The position numbers were made by a program, and so were the translations under genes. Under the pieces are notes generated by a model. It was not told where the DNA came from. It did no database searches and saw only the letters and a list, made by a program, of their open reading frames with translations. Positions 39,776-57,289 of a stretch of DNA of 64,000 nucleotides are shown here, piece after piece. Origin of the DNA: the human T2T-CHM13v2.0 reference genome, Homo sapiens; the NCBI RefSeq assembly GCF_009914755.1, contig NC_060946.1; one strand, written 5' to 3'. Position 1 is the first letter of the stretch; every line of letters starts with the position of its first letter.

Positions 39776-41150
39776 TGTAAATCACATAGGATAGTGGGTC
39801 ATTTTAAGAATATTAGTTATTTCAATCTATAAACATGGATGTCTTTCCTTTTTTGTGTTTTCTTTAATTTCTTTCATTAATATTTGTCATTTTTGTTGTC
39901 GAAATCTTTTACTTCCTTGGTTAAATTTATTTCTAAGTACATTTTTGTAGCTATTGTAAAAGGAATTGCTTTCTTAATTTCTTGTTTCAGCTAGTTTACT
40001 ATCAATATATAGAAATGCTACTGACTTTTGTATGTTAATTTATATCCTGCAACTTTATTAATTTCATGTATCACCCTAAGAAGCTTTTGGTAGTGTCTTA
40101 TTTTTTTCCGTGTATAAGATCACATTGTCTTTAAACAGGGACAATTTGACTGTCTCCTTTCCAATTCAGATGTCCTTTGTTTCTTTCTCTCACCTAATTG
40201 TCCTGGCTAAGACTTTCACTATGTGAAATATGATTGGTGAAAATAGGCATCCTTTTCTTGTTACAGTAAAATCTTTTTCTTGTTCACAGTAAAATCTTTC
40301 ACCTTTTCCACACTCAGTATGATCTTAGCTGTAGATTTGTCCTTTACGTCCTTCTGTGTTAAGGCATATATTTTCTATACTAAATTGTTGAGAGGTTTTT
40401 TGTCATGTAAGAATATTTAATTTTGCCAAATGCTTTTATTGTGTTTATTAATTTAATCATATGGCTTTCAGTATATATCCAAAGGAAAGAAAATCAGTAT
40501 ATCAAAGAGTTACCTGCACCCACAAGTTTATTACAACACTATTCACAATAGCCAAGATATGGAATCAACAAAAGTGTCCATCAACAGATGAATGGATAAA
40601 GAAATGTGACATACATATATAATGGAATATTATTTAGTCATAATAAAGAACAAAATCCTGTTATTTGTGGCAACAAGAATGCAAGTGGAGGGCATTATGT
40701 TAGGTGAAATAAGCCTGGCATAGAAACATAAACACCACATAACTACGTGTTCTCACTTATGTATGGAAGCTAAAATTTTTAATCTCATAGAAGTAGATAG
40801 TAGAGTTTTGGTTACCATATCCTGGAAAGAGTAGGAGAAAGAAGAGTATAAGAAAAATGTGGTTAATACATACAAAATTACAGCTGGAGAGAAGGAAGAA
40901 GTTCTAGTTCTCTACAGCACTGTTGGGTGACTGTAGTTAATGGGAATTTATTTTGTGTTTTCAAATAACTAAAATAAAAGATTTTGAATATTCTCACTGC
41001 AAAGAGATAATACATGATTTAGGTAATGGATATGATAATGACTGTGACTTGATCTTTATGCATTGCATAAATATATCAAAATATCACTCTGTACCCCATA
41101 ACATGTACATTTATTATATGTCAATTAAAGTAAATTTAAAAGAGAAAAAA
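39776..41150. mobile_element. L1MA element with an inverted 5' part (- 39776-40465) and a forward 3' end (+ 40470-41150)
   Basis: Antisense ORF2 phrases (AAACAGGGACAATTTGACTGTCTCCTTTCCAATT) followed by a sense L1MA 3' end (AGCCAAGATATGGAATCAAC...TATCACTCTGTACCCCATA). Confidence 0.8.
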
Positions 41151-41687
41151 TGAGGTAAAGGTAAATGTACAGAATTTAATTACTTTTTCTTCTATAAAAC
41201 CCAAAAGTCAGTACCAAGAAGAGTCAATTTATTAGTTTTCTAAAATAAAAAAAAATCAAAGTCACCAAAAAAGAGCAATGTCCAAGAAAACATTGAAAAT
41301 GAAACACAACATTTAGTAAGAATAGAAAACTTGGGCACTGTATCACCCTGTTCCTAGATACCGATTTACTGATGGCCATTTAAATAGAATTTTATTCTAT
41401 CTAATTCATTTATACTCCCAGAGTTTGAAATTACATTTTGCCTACAATAAATGAGATAACACTTGTAAATTATATGGTACTCCGCCTAACACATGTTAAT
41501 AACTCAATACATGTTAGCAATAAACTTTTAGTACAGTAGTCAAAGTATTAATTTCTCACATTGCAATTTCCTTCAAAGACATGAATACAACCTTTCTAAT
41601 GACTCCTTGTTCATCAAGATACCTCTTCAAATTATTCTATTTGTTTCATTCAGTATATTATCTGTGTATACCGATATGATATTACAC

Positions 41688-42015
<328 letters not shown>

Positions 42016-42362
42016 TGAATATCTTTTTGAAAGATTACACCTCTTTACCTCTTCGTGCTTCAGAAATTATTTTCCTTCAAGTGTTCTAAGAGTCTAATGA
42101 AGAATGAAGTCATGTTTTATCACTTTTGTCCTTAAAGAAAGATTTCAGACATGCTGAAACTGATTGAAGTATCATTTGCTACCAGATAGATTAATTATCT
42201 CTAGTTGTAGGAGTGGATACATCTTTAATGGTATACTTTGGGTTATTGTCTTATTTTTGATGCAGTATTCTATAAATAATTTATTAAACCTGGCATCCTT
42301 GGGTGAGCATGGATTTTTCAACTTTGGTGTTATATTGTGTTTGCTTTTAAAAACTGCTTTTG

Positions 42363-42665
42363 AGGCCAGGTATGGTGGCTCTTGCCCATACCCAGCACTT
42401 TGGGAGGCCAAGATGGGTGGATTACCTCAGGTCAGGAGTTCAAGACCAGCCTGGTCAACATGGCAAAACCATGTCTCTACTAAAAACACAAAATTAGCCA
42501 GGCATGGTGGTACATGCTTATAGTCCTAACCACTCAGGAGGCTGAGGCAAGAGAATCACCTGAACCTGGGAGGCAAAGGTTGCTAGGTTGCTGTGAGCCA
42601 AGTTCGCACCATTGCACTCCAGCCTGGGTGAAAAGAGCAAAACTCTGTCTCAAAAACAAAAAACC
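42363..42665 (+). mobile_element. Alu
   Basis: Sense Alu; AAAAACTGCTTTTGA TSD on both sides. Confidence 0.92.
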
Positions 42666-45541
42666 CACCAAAAACTGCTTTTGAATGGAGTTGTACATAC
42701 AATCTTTATGAAAAAAATTATCAAGTGCATAAGTTCATAATAGAAACACCAATAATACTCCAGGCACAAGTTAGTACTAAAAAAGTTATGTTGAATATTC
42801 TCTAATACAACATGCTTTTTCCCTTCATGAACAATTTGTTTTACTGAGAAGAGTCATTGTTTATGGTAGACTTAGACTACAGATGAATATGTACTTTAAA
42901 CACTCTTAGTTGCTTTCTTAATTTTATATCTGCTGCTTTATGCTTCTGTTTATTTTCATTCTTTCCAATGTCCACATTCTAGTAAATTTGAATATTTTAA
43001 TCCAAGTTTATATACTATTTAATATTGCTTGTATAGTTTAGTATTTTTAAGACTCAAAAAGGTTTACAGAAAGAAGAAAAAGATCAACATGTTATTAATC
43101 ATTTAAAGATCATTTTGAAACCTTTGACCTTTATATTTTAATGAATAAAATGTTAGTAGTTATTAGTATAAAATACTTTATGTCTTTTGGACTTAGCATC
43201 CAGTATTTCTTTTTTAATAAAGAAAATAATTATTCTCTTGCAATATACTATGTTTATCTGGGTTTTGAAAAGTGATGTTTCCTAATATGAGAAAGCCATT
43301 TACATTTTTAAATCTACAAAGGCAAATGGAATGGTACTAAATTATTTACATAATAATGTTTAGATGGTGGCCCTTATAACATTCTTTCTGTACTTCCTCC
43401 AGAGTTGGGGATATGCAATCCTAGAATATTTCTGGGAGCTAATCCTTTAGCTTGATGAATGAAACAAGACTTTTAAATAAAATTAAACTTTCAAATTATC
43501 CAGGTGATGGGCCTGTCTTTTAATTCAATGGATATGGAGCATAATGAATTATCCCCTGTTCATTGGGTAATAAGTTATCATTCTTAACTTCTAATACTCA
43601 AAATGTCCTTTAATTTTTAATTTTTGATAGTCATATCATTATCCCTAGGTATTTTAGCTTCTATCTTAAATTCTAAAATAATTTTGAAACAGGAGAAAGT
43701 ATTCTTTATTACTATATGTATTAAACATCATGGTTTTCAAATTTAACTGCAAATGTATCTTTTCATTGCTTCTTGATGACGCCCTTCACCCTATCCATAT
43801 TGTCACTACCAAGTGGCGATTACTTTTCAGGTTCACATACTTATTCTTTAGAAAAATCTTCTCTGTGCCTTATAAAGAATATGATTGTTGGCATTCAAAA
43901 GCCAGCGAAGTATACATTATTAGCCTGTTGCCTAACTCATTTCTTTAAGAAACTACACTAATTACCCACATACTTATGTTTTTATTTCCTCATTATTTCT
44001 GGAGAAAACAAATACTGCTAACATGATATTTGTAAGAGAGAAAAAAGTCTTTTCTTGAAAAGTGCTGTCATTGTAGTACTAACTTATAGTATCAACTTCT
44101 TTATCAACTCCTTATACACTTTTTATTCTGAGAGAAATAAAAAAGCTAAAAGTGAAATGACTTTTTTAACTCTCCATATTATAAGAACCCATCTTGGTAA
44201 TTTAAGGTCTTTATAGTTAGGGTAAGTTGTGTCATACCTAGGTTACAAAATAAAAAGTATTTTGTCTCTTTGGGCCTTTCCTTATTCAGCAATACTGTCA
44301 GTTTGGCTTTTTTTGTAGGTCAACTTATTGATCTCAGTATTCTGAAATAATATGTTTACTATCTTTTGATAAGCATTTAAAATATTAGATTTATTGTTAC
44401 TCTTATGCCTTCATTGGGCTGGAAGAATAATTGTTTCTCTCACTCCACAAAAGCGAAGTTGCAGAGAAAAACACATAGACATTCAACTGCAAAGCAGAGA
44501 AACTTGACTATTTCCTGCAATTTTAAAGTGTATATTGAATAAAACCATCTTTTTATTTTATTTTTTGCTCACTGGCAAATATTAACAATATCAAGTGTGT
44601 TATTATAATGTTATCTAGTTAAAAATCTCAAAAAGTTTTCATAATTACCATTTTAAAATATATAAATAGGTGACCTAATGTTAATTTTTATGGCCTGAGA
44701 CCATGTCTGTTATTTCACTCTTTAAATTCAGTTAGTAATGCAGAACCTAGCACTTAGTAGATACTCAAAAATTATTTGCTGGATAAAAAAAGGTTAAACA
44801 TGTAAAATACACAAAATGTACTGGAAAAAATGCACCAAACAATTTTGTTATACCAGTTTAATGTAAATATTGCCTTTAAAAGATAATATAGTTTTCAGGT
44901 GTCTACAGTGATTTTGTAATATTTGTGCACATATAAAATAATATTTCCAAAAATGTAATCCAGTGAGGAAATATACTTTCTAAATTCTAGATTTATAATT
45001 TAGGGTTTAAATTATAAAATCATTAAATAAGACAAAAGGGAAATATAGTCAAATATCCCCTTGGAAAAAAAATTAAGTGGCCTCTAAAGTGAGGTATTCA
45101 TATATGTAATTTTACAATCCTCTAGTGATAGAATTAATTAAATACACCACCAAATTGATTAATTCCTACAGTGTTAAAAGAAAAGCACTAATAATGCCAG
45201 TGACCATGTAACATGGATTTAAGCTACAAGTCATAGAACTGTGATGAGAAGCCTCAGCGCTGTAAAACAGAGGGTGGAAGAAAGCTTTTCCTCTCTCAAA
45301 TGAGCTTTGCCTGGTATACTTCTGGAAGAATAGGAAGTTGAAGTGTTCAGGACTTTTATGTCTATTCTACTTTGGCTTAGTTTACATGATTCTTAGTTTA
45401 TTAGCCTAGAAATGGCCAAGAAAACTTAAGGCTCAATAATTAGTTATAAATATGAAATATCCCCAATTTTTAAGATAAAAACAACTTATAAATGTATTTG
45501 TCTGTAAAAATTGTGTATATTTTTACAGAACATCTATTTCT

Positions 45542-46300
45542 CTCTTTTTTTATTTTTTATATTTTTTATTATACTTTAAATTCTAGGGTACACATGCACA
45601 ATGTGCAGGTTTGTTGCATATGTATACATGTGCCATGTTGGTGTGCTGCACCCATTAACTCATCATTTATATTAGGCATATCTCCTAATGCTATCCCTCC
45701 GCCCTCCTCTCACCCCACAACAGGCCCTGGTGTGTGATGTTCCCCTTCCTGTGTCCAAGTGTTCTCATTGTTCAATTCCCACCTATGAGTGAGAACATGT
45801 GTTGTTTGGTTTTTCGTCCTTGCGATAGTTTGCTGAGAATGATGGTTTCCAGCTTTATCCATGTCCCTACAAAGGACATGAACTCATCATTTTTTATGGC
45901 TGCATAGTATTCCATGGTGTATATGTGCCACATTTTCTTAATCCAGTCTATCATTTTTGGACATTTGGGTTGGTTCCAAGTCTTTGCTATTGTGAATAGT
46001 GCCACAATAAACATACGTGTGCATGTGTCTTTATAACAGCATGATTTATAATCCTTTGGGTATATACCCTGTAGTGGGATGGCTGGGTCAAATGGTATTT
46101 CTAGTTCTAGATCCCTGAGGAATGGCCACACTGTCTTCCACAATGGTTGAACTAGTTTACAGTCCCACCAACAGTGTGAAAGTGTTCCTATTTCTCCACA
46201 TCCTCTCCAGCACCTGTTGTTTCCTGACTTTTTAATGATTGCCATTCTAACTGGTGTGAGATGGTATCTCATTGTGGTTTTGATTTGCATTTCTCTGATG
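45542..46300 (-). mobile_element. 5'-truncated L1PA (PA4/5-like) 3' end
   Basis: ORF 45772-46290 is the L1 ORF2 C-terminus; 3' UTR and T-tail present; TCTATTT(C/A)T flanks followed by TTT/AAAA. Confidence 0.93.
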
Positions 46301-48294
46301 GGTCTATTTATTTAAAACAAAGGGAGGGGAGTCTCATTTACATTAGTTTTTTTCATATCCTTTTGAACTTTGCAATTTCTATGTTTCAGAACCTATTTCT
46401 TACAGTTTTTCTATGCTAAACTCTGTCCTGGTCAGTTCTAGAGTGTATGAAGAACCAAATGATGTAATTATGTGCCACCTGGCTGTAGTGGAACAAATTT
46501 GACTCTTAAGTATGCAGGCTCTGATTTTCCTGTCTGGTTTCGGTAAGTATTCCTTACATAGGTTTTTTCTTTGAAAATCTGGGATTGAGCGGTTGATGAA
46601 TGAAAATTAATCCTTTCACTTTGTTGTGTATAGGTTTGCAATAATTAGGTCAGAGTGGAGTTTTAAGGTCATGGAGGGGGCTGATGACTTACAACTAATG
46701 GGCTCTGATTGGGCAACTACTCATCTGAGTTCCTTCCATTTGACCTAATTAAGCTTGTGAAATTTACACTAAGCCATGAGCTCATCTTTAAAAAGTTTTA
46801 TTAAAAGATTTTCAGCTGTTCCAAATGGGACTTATTAGTGGAATGTGTTTTAAAGGATCATATCAGATGAATGAAAGGTATTTGATCCTTTCTTTCCTTA
46901 ATAATAAAATGATGGTTTGGAAAAATAGGCTACAGTCTAACCACAGTGCTATTATTAGGCTTTCTTGTTAAACATAGGTCTAAGCCTAAGTATGTCAATA
47001 CAACCAATACTTACTGTTTCATTTCTAGTAATGAAAAAAAAAAACAAGTCTTTCTGGCATAAGGATGATTTTCATCTGGTTATTTTGAAACATTTTTGTA
47101 AAATAAGTTTACATCTATAAAGAACATTTTTATTTGTAAGGAGGGGTATGTCTCTGTGCACTGGAAGAGAGGGAGGACTAAATCACTGGGAAGTCTTATG
47201 ATAAAGAAGCCATTGGCTTAAATCTGCAAAGCAAGCCATCCCTTGGTTTAAGGTGTTTTTCCTGGCCATCCTGTCTTGACTAGAACTTTACCTACACCTT
47301 CCTTTTTGGTTTAGGCAAATTATAGTATCTAAACCTGAAGTCTCGGCTCTGTGTTTTTGAGATACAAATGTTCTACCATGTCTTCTCTGGAACCTGATAA
47401 CTATCTATCTCTTTAAAATGCAAGTCTAGGGAGATGACTCATCAGAAAAAGAAGAAAAAAGAGGTATTTGGAAATTGTGCAAATTAAAGCAGCCCCTGAT
47501 GCCAAAGTCTACACATTCCTGAGTGAATCAGTTCTGGCCAGTTCTAGCTGGATCAAGAGAGCTCTCTGCTGGGCAGGCCTGAAGAGCAGCTGGATGGCAG
47601 ACACCTGAGGAGCCAGGTGCCTGAAACTTCCTCCACCTGCTTGAGGAGCACCAAAACCCAGGTGCTGGCTGGACAACCCCTTCTGGCTGCCTAAGCAGGT
47701 GGCAGAAGAAGGAAACAAGGTCAGAGGCAGAGTGTTGAACCCTGCCTCCCAGGTGGGTGGAAGATGCCTGTCGCCAAACTAGGGCCCAGCTTGCCGGGTG
47801 AGGTGGGTGAACTGGTGATCCCCCGAGAGAGTGGACATCAGAACTACATGTTCCCGGACTTCACCTCGGCCAGCAAAGGAGAGAGAGGGTTAATGTTAAC
47901 TGCAGAAGGCCCACTCTAGCCTTAAATTCTGAAATTCAAACCCTTCCCCTGGAGACAAAACAAACAAGACAAGGAATTATGAGGTCAGGGGACAAGAATC
48001 ACAAGTTCCCTAGTGGGAGACTGAGGAGGCAGTGTCCTTCCTGCCCTTGGTCTACTGGCTAAGAACCTTCCTCAGCCTGACCTTTCCACATTGCACTTTC
48101 AGCTCTGTTTGCAATTTTCCTCCTTTAGTGCTGAGGGAATCCCAGTGTTCGATTCTGAAATCTATGCGTTCCTAATGGGTGGTTAAAAAAAACCTCAGCA
48201 AGAGAAGCAGAAAATGTTTCCTCTTCCTGAAAAACTGTAGAAAGGCAGGCACCATTCCAGGTGAGGACATGGTCCTTGCAAATGTCTTTGTGTT

Positions 48295-48597
<303 letters not shown>

Positions 48598-49863
48598 TGC
48601 AAACATCTTTAAAGACAGCGTGTTTCAGAGGCTGTGACGGTGCCCTGTCAACATGTCAAATCTCGCTGTCCCAGGAGCTCTGAGGAGCAGCCCAGCTCCT
48701 TGCCAGGCTGATGGTACTGAAACTCTGCTCTCCAAGACATAACCTGATGGCCGTGCAAGATTTCTTAATTGACTGTGGACTGTGAGAGTCTGCATCTCAT
48801 TTTAATTAAGACAGGAAAAGAAAGAACAAAAGAGCAACTCCCAGGTTAGAGAGAGACTGGATTTTAGTATAATATTCAAGTGTAGCATTGCTAATAATAA
48901 CAAACCTTTCCCCTGCCAAACGGTAAACACTTGCACTGCCTATTATACAAAAATTCAACCACCCTCTCTGTTCCCCCGATATCTCCTCCCCAGTGACCCC
49001 CCTCTCATGTGGCCTCATGAGCCTGGCCAGTGATGAATGGCACTTTCATGGGCATGAGACTCCACGTGAGTGGGACTCAGCTGGGACCCCTCTCCACCTG
49101 GGAGCTGGAGAAGCCACCCTAGTACCAGCTCAAAGTGTCCGTGATGTCCCTGCTGCTGAGGTAGGGGCCGCCTCTGAGCTGGTCTCGTGTGAGCTGCTGC
49201 TGGTAGTGGGCTCTGCCCTGAGGGCCTGGTGGCTGGTCGGAAGGGCAGGCACACATGAGTGACTCCCCAGGATCTCAGGCCACCTCCCCACCACAGCCCT
49301 GCACCGTGTGCTCCAGGCATGTGCTGAGTGCCTGGTCAATCACCAGTGCCCTATTGATCCCCGTCTCCAGAGAGATCATTTAGTGTCACTCCACAGAGGG
49401 GGAAACTGAGGCCCAGAGAAGTAAGGTGACTCTCCCCAGTCACAGGGCTGGTCAGCAGTAGGATGGGAGGCTAGTCCCTTGCTGTCTGACTCCCTGAGCC
49501 CACCCATATCCCAAGGCAGCCAACCTCTGCCCGCCCTGGTTCAGGCCCCGACTGGCCCCTGTGGTGGGTGATGTCTATCTTCCTGGCCTTTGTGCTCCCA
49601 GCCAACTGGGATGGAGCCTCCAGCTGGCATGACATGTTGTAGCTATGGACAGAAGAGTGGCTGTGAGGCTGCCAGGAATCTCACCAGGGCCCCCTCCCAG
49701 GGGTTGCAAATTGGGTTGCAAAAAGCCCCTTTTGTTCTTTTATTTTATTTTGGAAAAAACTGTTATTGTGAAAATTCACATATATATATAGAAAAAAACT
49801 CAATCAATGCAAAAGGATAGACAATGAACAAATGAATTCCCCTTCCACTCCAGATCCGCACCT

Positions 49864-50104
49864 CAGATCCAGACCTCCTGAACCCACTTCCCCCATCTCA
49901 TCACAGATCCAGACCTCCTGAGCCCACTTTCCCCATCTCATCACAGATCCAGACATCCTGAGCCCACTTTCCCCATCTCATCACAGATCCAGACCTCCTG
50001 AACCCACTTCCCCCATCTCATCACAGATCCAGACCTCCTGAGCCCACTTTCCCCATCTCATCACAGATCCAGATCTCCTGAGCCCACTTTCCCCATCTCA
50101 TCAC
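49864..50104. repeat. 40-bp minisatellite, 6 copies
   Basis: CAGATCCAGACCTCCTGA(G/A)CCCACTT(T/C)CCCCATCTCATCA starting at 49864, 49904, 49944, 49984, 50024, 50064. Confidence 0.97.
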
Positions 50105-50123
50105 CAGTGATTTCTTGGGCTCT

Positions 50124-50415
50124 GCATTAGTTTTCTATTGCTGCTGCAACAAACAGCTACAGACTCAGTGGCTTCCACTTCTGTCTTATAGTTCTGGTTG
50201 CCAAAATTCCTAAGAGGATCTCACTGGGCTAAAGTCAAGGTGCTGGCGGGGCTATGTCCCTTCTGGAGGCTCAAGGGATGAATTGGCTCCCTGCCTTTTC
50301 TAGCTTCTAGGGGCTCCAGCTTCTAGGTTTGTGGCCTCCTTCCTCTATCCTCAAAGCCAGCAACAGCAGGTGAAGTCCTCGCCCATCGTGCATCACTCTC
50401 CCTTCTGCCTCCTTC
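50124..50415 (-). mobile_element. MLT1-type LTR fragment
   Basis: TGCATTAGTTTTCTATTGCTGCTGCAACAAA...CTCACTGGGCTAAAGTCAAGGTG. Confidence 0.75.
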
Positions 50416-52284
50416 AACTTTTTTTTTTTTTTTTTGTATTTAGGGGGAACGAGTACAGGATTCTTACATAGTCAAAAAGCTCCTTATAGAGAAGCTCAGA
50501 ACTTTCAATACAGCTTTGCCTTTTTTGCCATTTTAATTTTCCATTTAATTTAAATGTATTCTCTCATTTGACCTTCATACTCTGTGGAGAAATATTTCTA
50601 TTTCAGCTTGTATTGACAAGTTGTTTTCACACAGCCCCCGCATCACCCAACCAACCAGCCGAGATCCTCATTCCCATGAAACAGATAAAGAAACTGAGGC
50701 CCAGGGAGGCTAAGAGTCCTACCAGGATCATTCACCTTCCAAGGTAAGGAGCCAGTTCCAGACCTGGGTTTGTGCAGCTCCAAGCTCCCCCGTCTTTCTA
50801 CAATGCTAGATTTAGACTATAGCAATCTAGCAAGTGTGGCCACACAATGGTCAAGTTGGATTTAGATGATGTTCTCTATAAATCCATTCTCCTCTCCCGT
50901 GTAAGCAAGGCAAAGTACTCCAGGCCATGGGGAGTCCCTGAAGACTCGATGAACTGCAGTGGCCACATCAGGAGGTTGCAGGTTGACCAGAACTCACCAA
51001 CACAGCAGGAGAGCAGCTTGGAACCTGCAACCCAGCCAAGACCCAGTGCCTTGGATTGGGGGAGAAAACATGCAGCCATTCCTCTCTCTCTATTGGCTAG
51101 AGGGGATTCTGGCTTTTCCTGCCAGAGCCACCCCTTTCCCTCCTCCTAAAGTTGATGGTGGTTCTTTAAGGAAAGGGAGAAGAGCACGGTGTGATAGGGC
51201 AGGAAGAGAAGAAAACGGAGGAGAGGAGGGGACTTTCCCATAAACAGGCAGAAGAAAAGGCAGCTGTGGTGTGTGATGGACATGGAAGAAGTGGTGTCCA
51301 ATGTGGGGTCAGCCCTAGAGGAGAGACAGAGAGAGAGACAGAAAAGTGAGAGTCCTGACCCTTATGATTAACATGGGATCTGCCTGCAAATGCTGTTTAG
51401 GGCCATCACCTCTTCCTGTACTGCTATTTTTGAGAGTGATGCTCCTGAGCCCCATGACCCAGTCAAATTTGGTGTCCCCTTGAGCCAGATTCAGTGCTGG
51501 GAGTCCAGTGTGATCTGCCTGGATCTTGCTGCATTGAGAACAGGCCAGATCTTGACCCCAATACAGGGGCTGGATATGAACAGGCAACAGCTGGGTTTCT
51601 GAGTCAGAAAGACTTTGTTGATTGCTAATTGCTTAGGTGAGTAATTTAATTTTGTTCAGTCAGATTCCTCAGCTATAAAATGCAGATGACAGTACTTATT
51701 CCTCCAGGTTGTGGGGAAAATGGAGATTCTGAGCACGATGTCCATTTCACAGAAAGGTACCAATTTGGTGGCTTATTTTCCTTTCTACCTTCAGAAGTGG
51801 CTATCCCTGCCACCCAAACAGACCCTTGACTCTCAAGTGGACGGGGTCCCATTTGCACAGGGGGAGACCTTACAGCCTACGTTGAGTCTATACTTACCAC
51901 TTAGTGAGCATGGTATCCGCTCAGGGGCCTCTGTGGGCATCCATCTCCTCTGCAGCATATTTCCTCCCCACTGCTGGGTCTGCGCATGACCCCCTCCTTG
52001 GGATAGGCCTCTGATCAGTGATGACCTTGGTATGCTGGTGATGGTCAGTCTTGGCACCAAATGAGCCAGTTTATATCATCAGCTATTCAATAAAACACTA
52101 ATCTAGGTGTCACCGTGAAAGTATTTTGTGACATTGTTATGTACGTGTTGTTACAAATGTGCATGATGCATTTACTACAGCATAGAATTTTGCCTGGGTG
52201 CCAGCCTGAAATCTGTCTGACAGATCATAGCCATGTTAGTCCCACAGTCACAGGGGCCAATGGATTACATTATTTTATCTCCCT

Positions 52285-53212
52285 TGAGAACTAAAAATAA
52301 AATCCTAAGCCCCCCACCCGACTTAACAGACCCCCTGTTGGCCAATGGAACCTCAAATAAATCTTAAAATTCAGTTCTTAGCCATGACAGGACAGGAGGT
52401 CAGACATACATCCCTGTACCTCCCTCCCTCTTATGGTTTAGACCCAATGACTGAACAGCATTAATGTTAAAATAGAGATCATGAGACTGATAGAACAGAC
52501 TCTTTGTGGCAATAAGACCCCAATTTATAAACAGGACCTAGGGCCATGCCAGGCGAGGGTTAAGTCATGTACCCTACTCTTAAAGCGTAAACTAGATTCT
52601 AACTACCACATGGTTTTTATTTTTCTCTAGCAGCCAAGCAAGCACTGGCTGTGAGAGCAGCAAGATTAAAACAGTTACAACTCACCCAGTTCACAGACAC
52701 TGAGTAACTGATCTCCTGCCCCACCAACCTTAACGACAGCTTTCACTGGACAAGGGACTGATTTCAGTAACTTTCTTCTGATAAGAGACCATCCTCCATG
52801 GACTGGTTCTGGCCAGTTTTAGAGGCTATGCCTTTACAGAGGCTGAGTACCTTCATGTCCCTGCTTCACTTTTTGATGTGTAGGGCCTAATTATAATACA
52901 TTTAAATGTAAAGTCTCCACCCCAGAATGAACATGCATGTTTATTGAATATGCATCTGTTAGGACCTCTCTTATGAGTATTCTCATAAAATGATATAGCT
53001 CCTCTGATATCCTATTGAGTATGTATATGTAGCCAACTCATTCGGCTCAAATTCCTTTCCTCTCCTTCCCTCCCTGGAAATGCCAGCCTCTGGCCTTGGC
53101 TGTAGGCCACACTTCCCAGCCTGTCATAAGGGCCACCTTGCAGGCTGCAAACCTTTATAAGAAATAAAGCTCTCTTTTCTAAGTTTATAAAATAGTGTGA
53201 TTTTTCAGTCGA
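52285..53212 (+). mobile_element. MER4-family ERV1 solo LTR inserted into the HERV-L remnant
   Basis: TGAGAACTAAAAATAAAATCCTAAGCCCCCC...AATAAAGCTCTCTTTTCTAAGTTTATAAA matches recalled MER4D/E termini. Confidence 0.7.
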
Positions 53213-53404
53213 TGCTCTCTTTCTACACACACACAACTTATACAGAAAGAAATCTGGAGAATATATGTGGGAATGGATATTAAGTGTGTGGCACCACAGT
53301 GGAAGTAACATAAAGTTGGATTCGGCTAAATTTATTAATGTTGGCCCACTAAACAGAGATTCTGGATTCAGGGTTGTAGGTCAAAGCTTTAGAAAGGGCT
53401 CCAA

Positions 53405-53556
53405 GGGTTGGTTTGATCGGTTACTTGGTTGGTTGCTTGCTTGGTTGGTTGGTTCTCGCTTCCTTGCTTGGTTGTTTGGTTGGTTTGTTGCTTGCTTGCT
53501 TGTTGGTTGATTGGTTGGCTGTTTGCTTATTTGTTTGGTGACTTGGTTGGTTGGCT
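53405..53556. repeat. Degenerate (TTGG/TTGC)n microsatellite
   Basis: GGTTGGTTGCTTGCTTGGTTGGTT... Confidence 0.9.
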
Positions 53557-54354
53557 GAAACAGAATCAGAGTTTACCTAAGGTACATAAAGTTGAGACGC
53601 CACAACTTCCTTGGTTTATGTGTACAGGAAGGTATGCAAAAACTCAGGGAGACTGGATTTATTATGTCAGACCTGCTCACTCACACTGGAGGGTCTACAG
53701 AACATACTTCTCACAACGATCATGAGAAAGAATATTGTGAGAGGAGCCCAGTATCCTGGAAGAGCTTTGAGCTTGTGCTCTCAGTAGGCAAAATGTTACA
53801 GCAGGAATTGCAGCCACTGGACTGGGATCTTTAAATAAAATGAGGATAATTGAATCCCGGGGTGGCAGGGAACATGGGCTGTCCTTAATCACCAAAGATG
53901 AGGTGGGTGTGGTCACCACAGTGGAAAGCAGTGTCAAAGCAGCAGTCAGAATGGTTTGACTCACAGACACCCACAGCATTGTGTAGTCCATGGTATCCAC
54001 AGGGAGAGCTAATGGGCTGTACCAAAGTCTTAGTTGTTCTTTAAAAAATGAAGAATTCTAGGTCAACTGAATAAAAGACTAACTCAAATTAATGAAACAC
54101 AGATCAAAAACCCTCAATCAATTCCCAGACTTGAGCCAGTTCACAGGCCCACAACCCCTTAAGTGAAGGGGAGGTTGGGTGATCTTGGGGAAGTACGCTG
54201 ATACATTGCCAAAAATTTACATTGTTAATCTTTTTCCCAGTCTTCCCCAAAGGGACCTACAGCCTTCTACCAGGATGACTGTGACTTAAAGAAAAGAAAA
54301 TTCTCAGATATGTGGGGAATTACTGGACACGGGCTCTCATTTGACACTATTATC

Positions 54355-55970
<1,616 letters not shown>

Positions 55971-56019
55971 CAGGTTATTTTTGCTGATCTTCTCCCTCCT
56001 CCCACCCTCCACCCTCAAA

Positions 56020-57200
<1,181 letters not shown>

Positions 57201-57289
57201 CTCCACCATTTGCGCCAGCAATTCCAAGACTGGGCATCTACCCAAAGGAAAAGAAGTCATTCTACCAAAAAGACACATGCATGGTAAAC

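Larger units (their letters stand above)
52030..54350 (+). mobile_element. HERV-L remnant: MLT2-like LTR piece plus gag/protease fragments
   Basis: ORF 53265 WEWILSVWHHSGSNIKLDSAKFINVGPLNRDSGF resembles ERV-L Gag; [10 protein letters not shown] aspartyl-protease motif at about 54320-54349. Confidence 0.75.
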
